From an uncultured delta proteobacterium (GTDB taxonomy: Bacteria; Myxococcota_A; Polyangia; Polyangiales; Polyangiaceae): a DNA stretch of 64,000 bases. Each line of letters begins with the position of its first letter. The stretch's first letter is position 1. Of this stretch, positions 55,395 through 64,000 are shown in pieces. Position numbers and translations under genes: made by a program. The DNA lies in contig CAWKKR010000007.1 of the NCBI GenBank assembly GCA_963850305.1, forward strand, positions 768,001 through 832,000, in the 5' to 3' direction. The notes beneath the pieces are model-generated. The model was not told where the DNA came from, ran no database searches, and saw only the letters and a program-made list of their open reading frames with translations.

Positions 55395-56213
55395 ATGACG
55401 GCGTCATCCCTTCGCGTCGCGGCAGTGCAGCTCTCTTCGGGAACGGATGTCTCCCGAAACCTGGCCGAGTGTGCCCGGCGTGTCCGTCAAGCCGCCGATC
55501 TCGGCGCGAAGCTCGTGCTGCTTCCGGAGAATCTCGCTCACATGGGCTCGGAGGACGAGAAACGTGAGCTTGCGGAGGCACTGGACGCCCCGGGTCCGAT
55601 CGTCCATGCGGTCTCGGAGATGGCGCGTAAGGCCGGCGTCACCGTCATCGCAGGAGGCATCCCCGAGCGAAGTGCCGACTCGGCGCGTCCGTACAACACG
55701 TGCATCGTCGTCGACCGCGGTGGCTCCATCGTGGCGCGGTACCGAAAGATGCATTTGTTCGACGTCGACCTGACGGACGGCACCCGGCTTCTCGAATCGA
55801 GCGCGACGACGGCGGGTGAAGCCGCCGTCGTTGCCGACGTCGACGGTTTCAAGGTGGGGCTTTCGATCTGCTACGATCTGCGCTTCCCCGAGCTTTATCG
55901 CGTGCTCGTGGAGCATGGTGCGGAGTTGCTGGTGGTGCCGTCGGCGTTCACGCTCCACACCGGACGGGATCACTGGCACGTGCTCTTGCGCGCACGGGCG
56001 ATCGAGGCGCAGTCCTTCGTGCTCGCGGCGGCGCAGTGGGGCAAGCACGCGAACGGTCGTGTGACGTACGGCCATTCACTCGTGGTCGATCCGTGGGGCA
56101 TCGTGCTCGCGGAAGCACCGGACCGAGTTTCGGTGGTCGTCGCTGAGCTCGAACGTTCGGACCTCGACCGCGTTCGAGCGTCGCTGCCCAGCCTTCGGCA
56201 CCGCCGGCTCTGA
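55395..56213 (+). CDS. Carbon-nitrogen hydrolase (Nit1/deaminated glutathione amidase-like)
   Basis: LPE, YRKMHLFDV, ICYDLRFPE and HW..LLRARAIE. Confidence 0.93.
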   Translation: MTASSLRVAAVQLSSGTDVSRNLAECARRVRQAADLGAKLVLLPENLAHMGSEDEKRELAEALDAPGPIVHAVSEMARKAGVTVIAGGIPERSADSARPYNTCIVVDRGGSIVARYRKMHLFDVDLTDGTRLLESSATTAGEAAVVADVDGFKVGLSICYDLRFPELYRVLVEHGAELLVVPSAFTLHTGRDHWHVLLRARAIEAQSFVLAAAQWGKHANGRVTYGHSLVVDPWGIVLAEAPDRVSVVVAELERSDLDRVRASLPSLRHRRL

Positions 56214-56241
56214 CCGGGTGCGCTGGCCTCGAACCGTCGGC

Positions 56242-57271
56242 TCACGACAGATGCCGGCGAGCGATTTCCGTCCAGGTTCCCTCGGGTTCTAGGTCGATAT
56301 AGCTACGCCAGTAGGGGCGAGCCTTCGCCGGTTCCCCGAGTTGTTCGAACGCCATTGCGAGATTGAAATACGCGTCGGAGAACTTCGGGTCCGAGTCGAT
56401 CGCCCCGCGGAAGAGTGCGATCGACAGGTGCGCTTCCCCGCGTTCGAGCATCACGTAGCCGAGGTTGTATTGCGCCTCGGGTTGCCGTGCGTCGATGGAC
56501 AGCGCCTTCCGGTAGAGGGTTTCCGCTTCGGCGACCTGGTGCCTTCGGAACCGGATGTTTCCGAGGTTCGTGTACGCAATGCTGAGCCAGGGATCGAGTT
56601 CCACCGCCTGCGCGTAGAGGGCCTCGGCATCGTCCATCGTATTCGGGTCTTCGTCGAGCTGACTGGCGTGGAGGTAGAGTTCGTACGCGGTGCGCGCTCG
56701 CTCACGACCCGCCGTGGGGCGAAGGAGCCGCACGACGTCGTCGCGGAGGGCGCTCACCTCGAGGTCGAGGAGGAGTTGCCCGCTCACGGGTTCGAACGCG
56801 CCGTCGCCGGAATAGACGACGACCTTCTTGCCGTCCGATGCGATCTTCAGCTCGACCAGTGGGCGCGCGACGTTCGGTAGCGATTTTCCGCAGCGCCGCA
56901 ATGGCGCGTGTCACATCGCGGAGACGAACCTGCCGCTCGAGCAGGGCCTGGGCCGTCCGCATGGCGATGAGGTCCGTGAACGTGTAGGCGCGCCGTCCGC
57001 GCCTCCTGCCGCTCGGCGACACGACGCCGTTACGATCGAGAGAGCTCAGACGTGTGGGCGACACGCCGAGAAGACGAGAGACCTCGATGCGCGTGAAGAG
57101 ATCCGTGACCGGCTCCCGCGAGGAAGTCACCGGCACCGACTCCTCGGGGCGCGGCGAAAGTCTCGGGGCCTCGTCGCGGACGCGGCCGCCACCGGGACCG
57201 AACACCACGTGGATGATCTTGTCGTCCCTGCGCTTCCTGTCCTTGGTTCGTTTTCGACGCTGCCCCGCCAT
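56242..57271 (-). CDS. MerR-like HTH plus tetratricopeptide repeat protein; one frameshift near 56890
   Basis: EVSRLLGVS...YTFTDL HTH; SGQLLLD linker; AYTNLG, AQYNLG and AYFNLA TPRs. Confidence 0.8.
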
Positions 57272-57475
57272 CCGGATCCCGCAGTGATTCTTCCGCGCGG
57301 CGCTTGCTGTCAAGAGGAAGCCTGCCGTTCGACACTGGTACGCGTGAAGCACGCTCTATTCGCCGGGTTCGGCGACGGGCCGATCGGAGCCGGCGTGAGC
57401 TCCGGACATGGCGACGAAGGTCTTGACGGAGTGTCGGAGTCGATCCCGTCGAGAGGGCGGACCGGTCGGTGGCCA

Positions 57476-57805
57476 TCAGCGTGTGCGCACTTTCCGGTCG
57501 CGTTCCGAGGCGCGCATGACGCGAGCCTCGACGTCGACATCGATCCGGATCCCTCGAGAGTCCGTTCGAATGACGAGCTCTGCCCGGATGCGACCAAGCG
57601 GATGGACGGATCGAACGCTTGCCTCCCGGTACGCGATCCGGACGGCTCTGACCCGGGCGTGCACGTCCCGCGCGACGAGACGAGTCACGTCCCCCGCGGC
57701 GGCGTCTGGCACCAGCCCTCCTCGAGACACGAAGGGGAGCAGCAGGCTGGTCGTTCCATAATAGGCGGGGCCATCACGCTCTTCGCGAACGGCTCCCTCG
57801 CTCAT
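57476..57805 (-). CDS. Hypothetical protein
   Basis: Protein-like 3' half of the 185-aa ORF; start uncertain. Confidence 0.5.
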   Translation of the reverse strand: MSEGAVREERDGPAYYGTTSLLLPFVSRGGLVPDAAAGDVTRLVARDVHARVRAVRIAYREASVRSVHPLGRIRAELVIRTDSRGIRIDVDVEARVMRASERDRKVRTR

Positions 57806-58062
57806 CACATCGGCAACACCGAACAGCTCGCCCCAGCGATAGTCCGTGCTTCGAAAGAGGGTGGTGGAACGACTATCGACGAGCGGATGAGCCCGGGTCT
57901 TGGCCAAGCCCGGTCTGCGGCGGGACGTCGGACGCTTCACGTGATGGATCGTACGATGGTCTGCGCAGCGACCCGAAGTTTGTGCGCGTCGGATCCGCCA
58001 CCGAAGTTGGCCCCCCGAGAATGCCCCTGCCACGCTTTGATTCCTGGAACGCGAGCGTCAAC

Positions 58063-58401
58063 ATGAGCGAATCTGCCGCCTTTTCCCCGTATTCAGGCCG
58101 AGAGCGCCGGAGCCGTCTGGTCTATGTCACCCGGAACACGGAGTATCACCTCAACGCGGGTCGCTGCGTGGCGGTGCGAGATCGGGACACCGGACGGTGG
58201 CTTTTGACGCATCCCGCTCTCAATCGGAAGGTTTCGGGCTCCGTGCGCTTCAGCCGCAATCTCGAGGCGTACCCGACTCTCGAGATCCCTCGCGTCGGCG
58301 AGGGATTGTTTTTTGGCGCCGGAGGCGAGGATGTCGTGACCAGCGACCTCGTGGAGATCGAACGGCCCGAAAAGGCAACAATCGGCACGTATCCGGTTTG
58401 A
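58063..58401 (+). CDS. Small hypothetical protein
   Basis: ERR...VYVTRNTEYH....CVAVRDR.TG.W pattern, recalled from myxobacterial hypothetical proteins. Confidence 0.65.
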   Translation: MSESAAFSPYSGRERRSRLVYVTRNTEYHLNAGRCVAVRDRDTGRWLLTHPALNRKVSGSVRFSRNLEAYPTLEIPRVGEGLFFGAGGEDVVTSDLVEIERPEKATIGTYPV

Positions 58402-58539
58402 TTTTTGGCCCGACAGGTATCCCGTTCTTGGTAAACAGGCCCCCGACGCGGTGCATCGACGCGGCGCGTAGGGAATCAGAGTAAAAACGCGGATTGACAG
58501 GGATGGCCTAGCTTGGGAGACGTTTGAATTGAAGCCTCC

Positions 58540-60411
58540 GTGCTGTCGAACCAGAGCCAGGCCAAGGAACCCGTGTTCACCATCGTGATCAGCGAGAAGG
58601 GTGGGGCGGAGCGCCGCGAGCTGTTCGAGCAGCCTGAGCTGAATATCGGACGGGTTCAGGGCAACGAGCTCATGTTGGCGAAGGGCAACGTGTCGAAGAG
58701 GCACGCGCGACTCGTATATAGGGACGGTCGCTTCATCGTCACCGATCTGAACAGCACCAATGGGACGTATGTGAACCGTCGCCGGATCAATCAGGCGACC
58801 ATCGTCCGGCAGGGCGACCGGATTTACATCGGGGACTTCGTGTTGCGCGTCGAGGCGCAAGAGGAGTCGAGCCAGCTCGACTCCGCACGCGCCAGCGTGC
58901 AGCCGATACCCCTTCGCGAGCCGATGGTGACGGCGCCCGAGCTGAGCTCGCGCTCCAAGGCTCCCCCAGCACCGCCGGCGCCCCCCATCGTGGCCTACCC
59001 GCCCGTGCCTCCAGCGCCGCGGGTCCCGGGGCCCCAGGCGTCGCGCACGGCAGAGTCGACACCATCGTCGTTCATACCGTCGTCCGCTTCGCGTTCGGAA
59101 CCGTCGGTCGTGGAACGTCTTCCGAGCAGTCGCGAAGACAGCATCGATATGGAGACCACCGCGTATCGAAGCGCGGTGGCAGCCCTCGTGGCGCGCGTTT
59201 CGCAGAAGCTCGAGCCGCGGATTCTGGACCGAGACATTCCGGAAGCCGTCGCTACGCGCGTGGACCGGCTTATCGAGGAAATGTTGTCGGAACTTCGGCG
59301 CGACGAGGTAATCGGCGCGGCGATCGCTGAGGAGCGAGTCAAGCGCGATGCACGCGCGGAGTTGCTCGACCTGGGGGCGCTCGGCCCGCTGGTGGAGGAC
59401 GAAACCGTGACGGAGATTGCCGTCGTCGCGATGGGCTCGATCTCCGCAACTCGCGGGGGACGGCGCATTCGAGTGGAACCGCCACTGTCGTCGGAGGCAT
59501 CCGTCCGGCGGATCCTCGGACGCCTGGCGCGGAGGAGCGGCACGGCTCTGGGAGACGAAGAGATTGCGTCGAGGAAGCTGCCGAACGGCTTTCATCTGAC
59601 GGCGATCACGGGCGCGCGGGCTCCCTCGGGGACGTTGCTCCGACTCGAGCGCCCGCAGCGCGTGGACTCTACGCTCGACGAGTTGGTTCGAGCGGGCGCC
59701 ATTTCTCGCGGCATCGCCACCTTCCTGAGACACTGCATGGCCGTTCGAGCGAACGTGCTGATCGTCGGTCCGCGTGACGCGAGGCCTTCATCGATCGCGG
59801 GTGCGTTGGTATCGGCGAGCGCCGATGGTCACGTGGTGGCGATCCAGGAGATCGACGCCATCGTCAGCACTTCCGTCGCTGTCAGTCACGTGGACGTGTC
59901 CGGCGCGGAGACGGCCCTGACGGCTCTCGTGGAATTCGTGGGCAGATTGGCCGGTGCTCGTCTGGTCGCGGATCACTTCGCGGGCCCTACCGCGGCCGCG
60001 ATCCTCGACGTCGTTTCGGGCGGAACGGACGGACTCGTCGCCGTCACGGATGCGGCGAGCCTGCGTCGTGGGCTCGCGCGGTTGCCGGCGGAACTGGCGG
60101 TTGCACGTCCCGGGCTCACGGTGGATGTGGCACGGGAGTGGTTGGCGAGCACTTTCGACATCGTGATCGACGTTGCGCGGCTTCGCGACGGACGTCAGCG
60201 CGTCGTGCGTGTGGCGGAGGTCACCGGTGTCGAGCACGGCGAGATCGCGCTTCGAGACATCTTCGCCTTCGTCGTCGAACGTACGGCGACGGGAGGGTCC
60301 GTCGAAGGGACATTTCAGGCGACCGGCACGCCCCCGCGCATCGTCAACGACATGGCCGCGCGCGGGATCCACGTCGACAGCGGCGTGTTCTCTCGCCCCC
60401 CTTCAAGGTAA
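58540..60411 (+). CDS. FHA domain plus degenerate CpaF/TadA (VirB11-like) ATPase
   Basis: FHA IGRVQGN..VSKRHA..STNGTYVN; LGPLVEDETVTEI and RLRDGRQRV..VAEVTG; Walker motifs degenerate; start may be GTG 58573. Confidence 0.8.
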   Translation: MLSNQSQAKEPVFTIVISEKGGAERRELFEQPELNIGRVQGNELMLAKGNVSKRHARLVYRDGRFIVTDLNSTNGTYVNRRRINQATIVRQGDRIYIGDFVLRVEAQEESSQLDSARASVQPIPLREPMVTAPELSSRSKAPPAPPAPPIVAYPPVPPAPRVPGPQASRTAESTPSSFIPSSASRSEPSVVERLPSSREDSIDMETTAYRSAVAALVARVSQKLEPRILDRDIPEAVATRVDRLIEEMLSELRRDEVIGAAIAEERVKRDARAELLDLGALGPLVEDETVTEIAVVAMGSISATRGGRRIRVEPPLSSEASVRRILGRLARRSGTALGDEEIASRKLPNGFHLTAITGARAPSGTLLRLERPQRVDSTLDELVRAGAISRGIATFLRHCMAVRANVLIVGPRDARPSSIAGALVSASADGHVVAIQEIDAIVSTSVAVSHVDVSGAETALTALVEFVGRLAGARLVADHFAGPTAAAILDVVSGGTDGLVAVTDAASLRRGLARLPAELAVARPGLTVDVAREWLASTFDIVIDVARLRDGRQRVVRVAEVTGVEHGEIALRDIFAFVVERTATGGSVEGTFQATGTPPRIVNDMAARGIHVDSGVFSRPPSR

Positions 60412-60451
60412 CGGCCCGCCCTGCGCGGGGTCGAGAGGCGGACCTCCGAGG

Positions 60452-60970
60452 TCAAGCGTCGGCCGCAGCATCTGCCTTTGCCTTCGCGAGTTTCCGTCCG
60501 AGCAGTCGTCGCTTGACGGCGTTCAGCTTGTCCAGCATCACGACACCATTGAGGTGGTCGTTCTCGTGCTGAATGGCGACGGCCAGTAGCCCGTCTGCGT
60601 CGAGCTCGAAGGGCTTCCCATCACGGTCCAGCGCCTTCACGTGCACGCGCTCTGCACGACGAATCTCTTCCGTCACTCCCGGAAATGAGAGACAGCCTTC
60701 TTCCCAGGTCTGAGTGCCCGACGCCTCGCTGAGCTCTGGATTGACGAATACCCTCAGAGCACTCGGCTCGTCCTCTCCTGCGACGTCGATCACGAAGACG
60801 CGCAGCAGGACGCCGACTTGATTGGCCGCCAATCCGACGCCCGGCGCCGCATACATGGTCTCCGCCATGTCGTCGATGAGCCGTCGCACGTCGTCGGTGA
60901 CCGCCTTCACCGGCTCCGCAACCTGCTTCAATCTTCGGTCCGGGTACTTCAGGATCGCGCGCAGCGCCAT
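60452..60970 (-). CDS. def: Peptide deformylase
   Basis: GVGLAANQ, EGCLS and QHENDHLNG. Confidence 0.97.
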   Translation of the reverse strand: MALRAILKYPDRRLKQVAEPVKAVTDDVRRLIDDMAETMYAAPGVGLAANQVGVLLRVFVIDVAGEDEPSALRVFVNPELSEASGTQTWEEGCLSFPGVTEEIRRAERVHVKALDRDGKPFELDADGLLAVAIQHENDHLNGVVMLDKLNAVKRRLLGRKLAKAKADAAADA

Positions 60971-61078
60971 TCAGTGTTCAATTGTAACACCCACGATTTC
61001 GGCTCGCAACGACGCCCCCAGCCCGGACGGCCCCGCATGGCGAGCCCAGGGGCATCCGGAACCGGGGCCTGCTGAATT

Positions 61079-62998
61079 TCAATGAAGGATCTGCCCGCAG
61101 AACCCACTGATGCAGCGGTCCGTCGGGATGCAGCAGGGCGTTCCGCCGGCGCAGCTCTCATCGGTATTGGCGCACACCGGTCCGGTCGCCGGTGGGGGCT
61201 TGCCGCATACGCCGTTCGTACAGAAGCCGCCGCAGCAGTCGATTCCGGTTGTGCAGGTTGCCCCGTCTTGCTGACACGGGTCGAGTGCGGTGAACGCCCG
61301 GTGGTTCCCGGCGACGTCCTCCTGACCCGTCAAATAGAAGGCCGGGTGGCTCGGGTCCCCCGAGTAGGTGCCGTTGGGCGAGATATCGACCGCGGCGCCC
61401 CAGAGCTGCCGGATGAGACCATTGTCGTGCGTGTTGCCGTAATGCCGGTACGAATCGAAGAAGACCCAGAAGTAACCGCCCGCAGCAACCGGCGAACCGG
61501 TCGGGTAAAAGTTGTGGTGCAGCTCCTCCGCGCCGAACGGCAGATAGGTCGTGCTCGAAGAGGCATCCTGCTCGGATCTGTAGCCCATCGCGTTCGCCAG
61601 CATACTGGGAGTGCCGCCCGCGACATCGACGACGTAGACGTCGCTCGAGACCGTTGCCAGCCCTCCGCCGGCGAGCCCGATCGCCTCGCCCGAAAAGTCA
61701 CTCGCCGTGCCGTTCGCGAAGATGAGCGCCTGGTTATCTGGCAAGAAGAAGGGCCAGCCCGGAAACTTCGTCGTATCCGGCGTTTGATACACCTGCTTGT
61801 ACCCGTTCGCCGTGCGCGAACTTTTGTCGAAGTTCATGACTGCCAGCCCGTGGCCGTCGTTGATCGCATAATCGTTGAATGCGAGGAGCGTTCCGTCCGG
61901 CGAGAACATGGGTGTCATCACGCCCGGCGGGATGCCGGAGTTCGGGACGACCGTTCCCGTGTCGGTCACGTAAAGGGATGCCGAGGAGGGGCCTACTGCA
62001 CCTGGTCCTCCCGCGCGTGGCCCGGTGATGCCGGTGAGAATGTTCCCGAAGTTTGCATTCGAGAGGTAGAGCGAGCCATCCGGGTAGACACCCGTGAAGA
62101 AGGTGTTCGGCGCGGTCGGCGCCAGAGGCGCGGGGTTCGTGGGTCCACCGGGAGTGAGCGCGTAGGTGGCGCCACCGGTCAAGAACGGGAGCGCCACCAT
62201 GCGCGAGCCGTTTGCCGATACGGAGTGGCATCCCGTGCACCCGGACTGACCGAGAAATGCCTCGGCAGGTTTGCCGGGTGTCATCCTGAGCACTGCGCCG
62301 CCCGAACCGCCTGCGAGAGCTGACGAGTAGCTATTGTAATAGATGGTCCCCTTGAGGTTGGCCTGCGCGATGATCACGCTTTCCGAGACCGGGCCGGTTG
62401 CGGTGCCTCCGCTCGAGATCGTGAGCTGGAGGGAATAGGGATCGCTGCGGCCATTCGTCTTCGCTGCGGCCTGGTCCCAGATCGCTTGGGGCAACTGCAG
62501 CTGGTTCGTTCCCGTCGGTTTGAAGCAACCCTTGTATTCGAAGTTGCTCGACTTGATGTGAACGTAGACCAGGTCGGCGCTGCCACCGTCCCACATCAGC
62601 AGCGGCGCGATGAGCCCGCGCGGAAAAACGGTGCCATCGTACGGGTTGAGGATTCGAAGACTCCCTGCGCTCCCGCTCCCGGCTTCGAGCGCCTGAACCG
62701 CTGTCGAGTCAATCCCGGCCGGATTCACAGGGAGGCATTCATCGATCTGAATGGGCTGATCACTCGGCGACGAAGCGTCGGGCATCACGACCGACGGCGA
62801 GCCTCCCGAGCCGAGCGTCACGATGTCGATGCCACCGCCTGCCGCGGTGAAGGCTCCACCTCCTCCACCTCCCGTTGGGCTGCCGACGTAGCCGCCGCTT
62901 CCGGTTGACGGCTCTCCGTTCGTCTTCGAGCCGCCTCCCGCCGAGCACGCCAGCGCAGACATTCCGCACGTAAGACCGACGAGCCACGAAGGATTCAT
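61079..62998 (-). CDS. Exported lipoprotein with TolB-like beta-propeller and Cys-rich C-terminus
   Basis: Lipobox ALAC, Gly-rich linker, PYDGTVFPRG, PMFSPDG, WVFFDS.R.YGN and terminal CC repeats. Confidence 0.7.
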   Translation of the reverse strand: MNPSWLVGLTCGMSALACSAGGGSKTNGEPSTGSGGYVGSPTGGGGGGAFTAAGGGIDIVTLGSGGSPSVVMPDASSPSDQPIQIDECLPVNPAGIDSTAVQALEAGSGSAGSLRILNPYDGTVFPRGLIAPLLMWDGGSADLVYVHIKSSNFEYKGCFKPTGTNQLQLPQAIWDQAAAKTNGRSDPYSLQLTISSGGTATGPVSESVIIAQANLKGTIYYNSYSSALAGGSGGAVLRMTPGKPAEAFLGQSGCTGCHSVSANGSRMVALPFLTGGATYALTPGGPTNPAPLAPTAPNTFFTGVYPDGSLYLSNANFGNILTGITGPRAGGPGAVGPSSASLYVTDTGTVVPNSGIPPGVMTPMFSPDGTLLAFNDYAINDGHGLAVMNFDKSSRTANGYKQVYQTPDTTKFPGWPFFLPDNQALIFANGTASDFSGEAIGLAGGGLATVSSDVYVVDVAGGTPSMLANAMGYRSEQDASSSTTYLPFGAEELHHNFYPTGSPVAAGGYFWVFFDSYRHYGNTHDNGLIRQLWGAAVDISPNGTYSGDPSHPAFYLTGQEDVAGNHRAFTALDPCQQDGATCTTGIDCCGGFCTNGVCGKPPPATGPVCANTDESCAGGTPCCIPTDRCISGFCGQILH

Positions 62999-63176
62999 GT
63001 GAGACCACCACCTCTCGACTCGAGAGCCGTCACATATCAAGCAGGTTGATATTATGTGCGGAGATTGGCTAACCCGTCAACCCGAGGATCCGGCGCGCAC
63101 CCGCGGCGAGGACGGGATCCTCGCATCCGGGCATGGAAGCATAGGTTCAGGCGGTCGGTCCGTGGTTCCGCCGCCG

Positions 63177-64000
63177 CTATTCGGGAGTCGGATTAGCCGT
63201 CTTCTTCTTCGGATAGACGATCGGCCCGTGAACGTAGGCGTCGGTGCCGCAGAGTTCCCATTCGGGCGGATCGATGCGCGGAGCATGAGCGGGAGCTTCG
63301 GGTCCCGCCCAGTCCACCGCCCCGGGGATTCCACGAGGCCCGAGCAGAACGGGGGCAATGAACACATGGAGTTCGCTCGGGATCCTCCCCGCGAGCAGAC
63401 TACCGGCGAGCTCAGCCCCGCCCTCGCAGAGCACGCTGACTACCTCGCGGGCCGCAAGCGCGCGCATCGCCGCCCCCATGTCGCATCGCCCGGATGCAGT
63501 CGCGGGCACGCGAACGAGCGCGATGCCGGCGGCTTCCAGCCGTTCGCCGAGCCCCACCGGCGCATCGACGGTGGTGATGACGCAAGTTGGCGTCTCGCGC
63601 GCGGTCGTGACGAGGAGGCTATCTGCCGGCGTGCGCAGTTTGCTGTCCACCACGACGCGGACCGGGTTCCTTCCGGCGACATCGCGGACGGTGAGTTGCG
63701 GATCGTCGGCAAGGACGGTGTTGATGCCCACCATGACCGCGTCGTAGCGCGCACGTAGCGCGTGGACGCGCGTTCGGCTCTCGGTCCCGGTGATCCACTT
63801 CGAGATGCCCGTCCGGGTCGCGACGCGCCCGTCGAGGGAGATCGCGAGTTTCAACGAGAGGTAAGACGCTCCTTCGGTGATGTACTTCGTCCACGGTCGG
63901 ATGAGCCGCTTGGCGCGGTCCTCCAGCACTCCCACGACGACCTCGATGCCGGCGGCTTGCATCCGTTCGACGCCGCCCCCGCGGACGTGCGGATTTGGGT
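63177..64000 (-). CDS. ribD: Riboflavin biosynthesis bifunctional deaminase/reductase, 5' part outside the window
   Basis: K.AISLDGR.A, SKWIT, VG.NTVLADDPQLT.R and EGG..LAG. Confidence 0.95.
   Translation of the reverse strand, partial: PNPHVRGGGVERMQAAGIEVVVGVLEDRAKRLIRPWTKYITEGASYLSLKLAISLDGRVATRTGISKWITGTESRTRVHALRARYDAVMVGINTVLADDPQLTVRDVAGRNPVRVVVDSKLRTPADSLLVTTARETPTCVITTVDAPVGLGERLEAAGIALVRVPATASGRCDMGAAMRALAAREVVSVLCEGGAELAGSLLAGRIPSELHVFIAPVLLGPRGIPGAVDWAGPEAPAHAPRIDPPEWELCGTDAYVHGPIVYPKKKTANPTPE

Noticed and set aside
48304..58530. TTGACA hexamers upstream of parC (48304), the MerR-TPR gene (about 57313, minus strand) and FHA-CpaF (58494)
   Set aside because: Plausible -35 elements, but no convincing -10 at 16-18 bp spacing

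Overview
High-GC chromosomal window. Gene content points to Myxococcota, probably Polyangiales-like: an MglC-type roadblock protein, an FHA-sigma54 activator next to a Ser/Thr kinase, an FHA-CpaF-like protein and Cys-rich exported lipoproteins. From left to right it holds ftsB, a flippase plus two GT4 glycosyltransferases, a tandem palindromic intergenic repeat, a 1-Cys peroxiredoxin cluster, a CusCBA-type metal efflux operon, an HlyD/ABC exporter, kdpFABC-kdpD with a truncated kdpE, an accessory stretch with several gene remnants, an aconitase-like gene, mglC-aroQ-meaB-tetR, nth-gyrA-bamA, a parC-parE-like pair, signalling genes, def and partial ribD. I saw no rRNA, tRNA, CRISPR array, integrase or transposase. 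cusA, kdpABC and gyrA are densely frameshifted and several other genes carry one frameshift; these are most likely consensus errors. Best candidates for undescribed biology: (1) a Cys-rich secreted leader ending in RGPP upstream of the Cus operon, with an anti-Shine-Dalgarno just after the putative stall codons; (2) an intact aconitase homolog lacking all Fe-S ligands; (3) a ParC-like subunit with an N-terminal QQDLF clamp-binding-like motif; (4) intact but catalytically degenerate CpaF-ATPase and M50-protease homologs. All family calls come from recalled motifs, not database searches.
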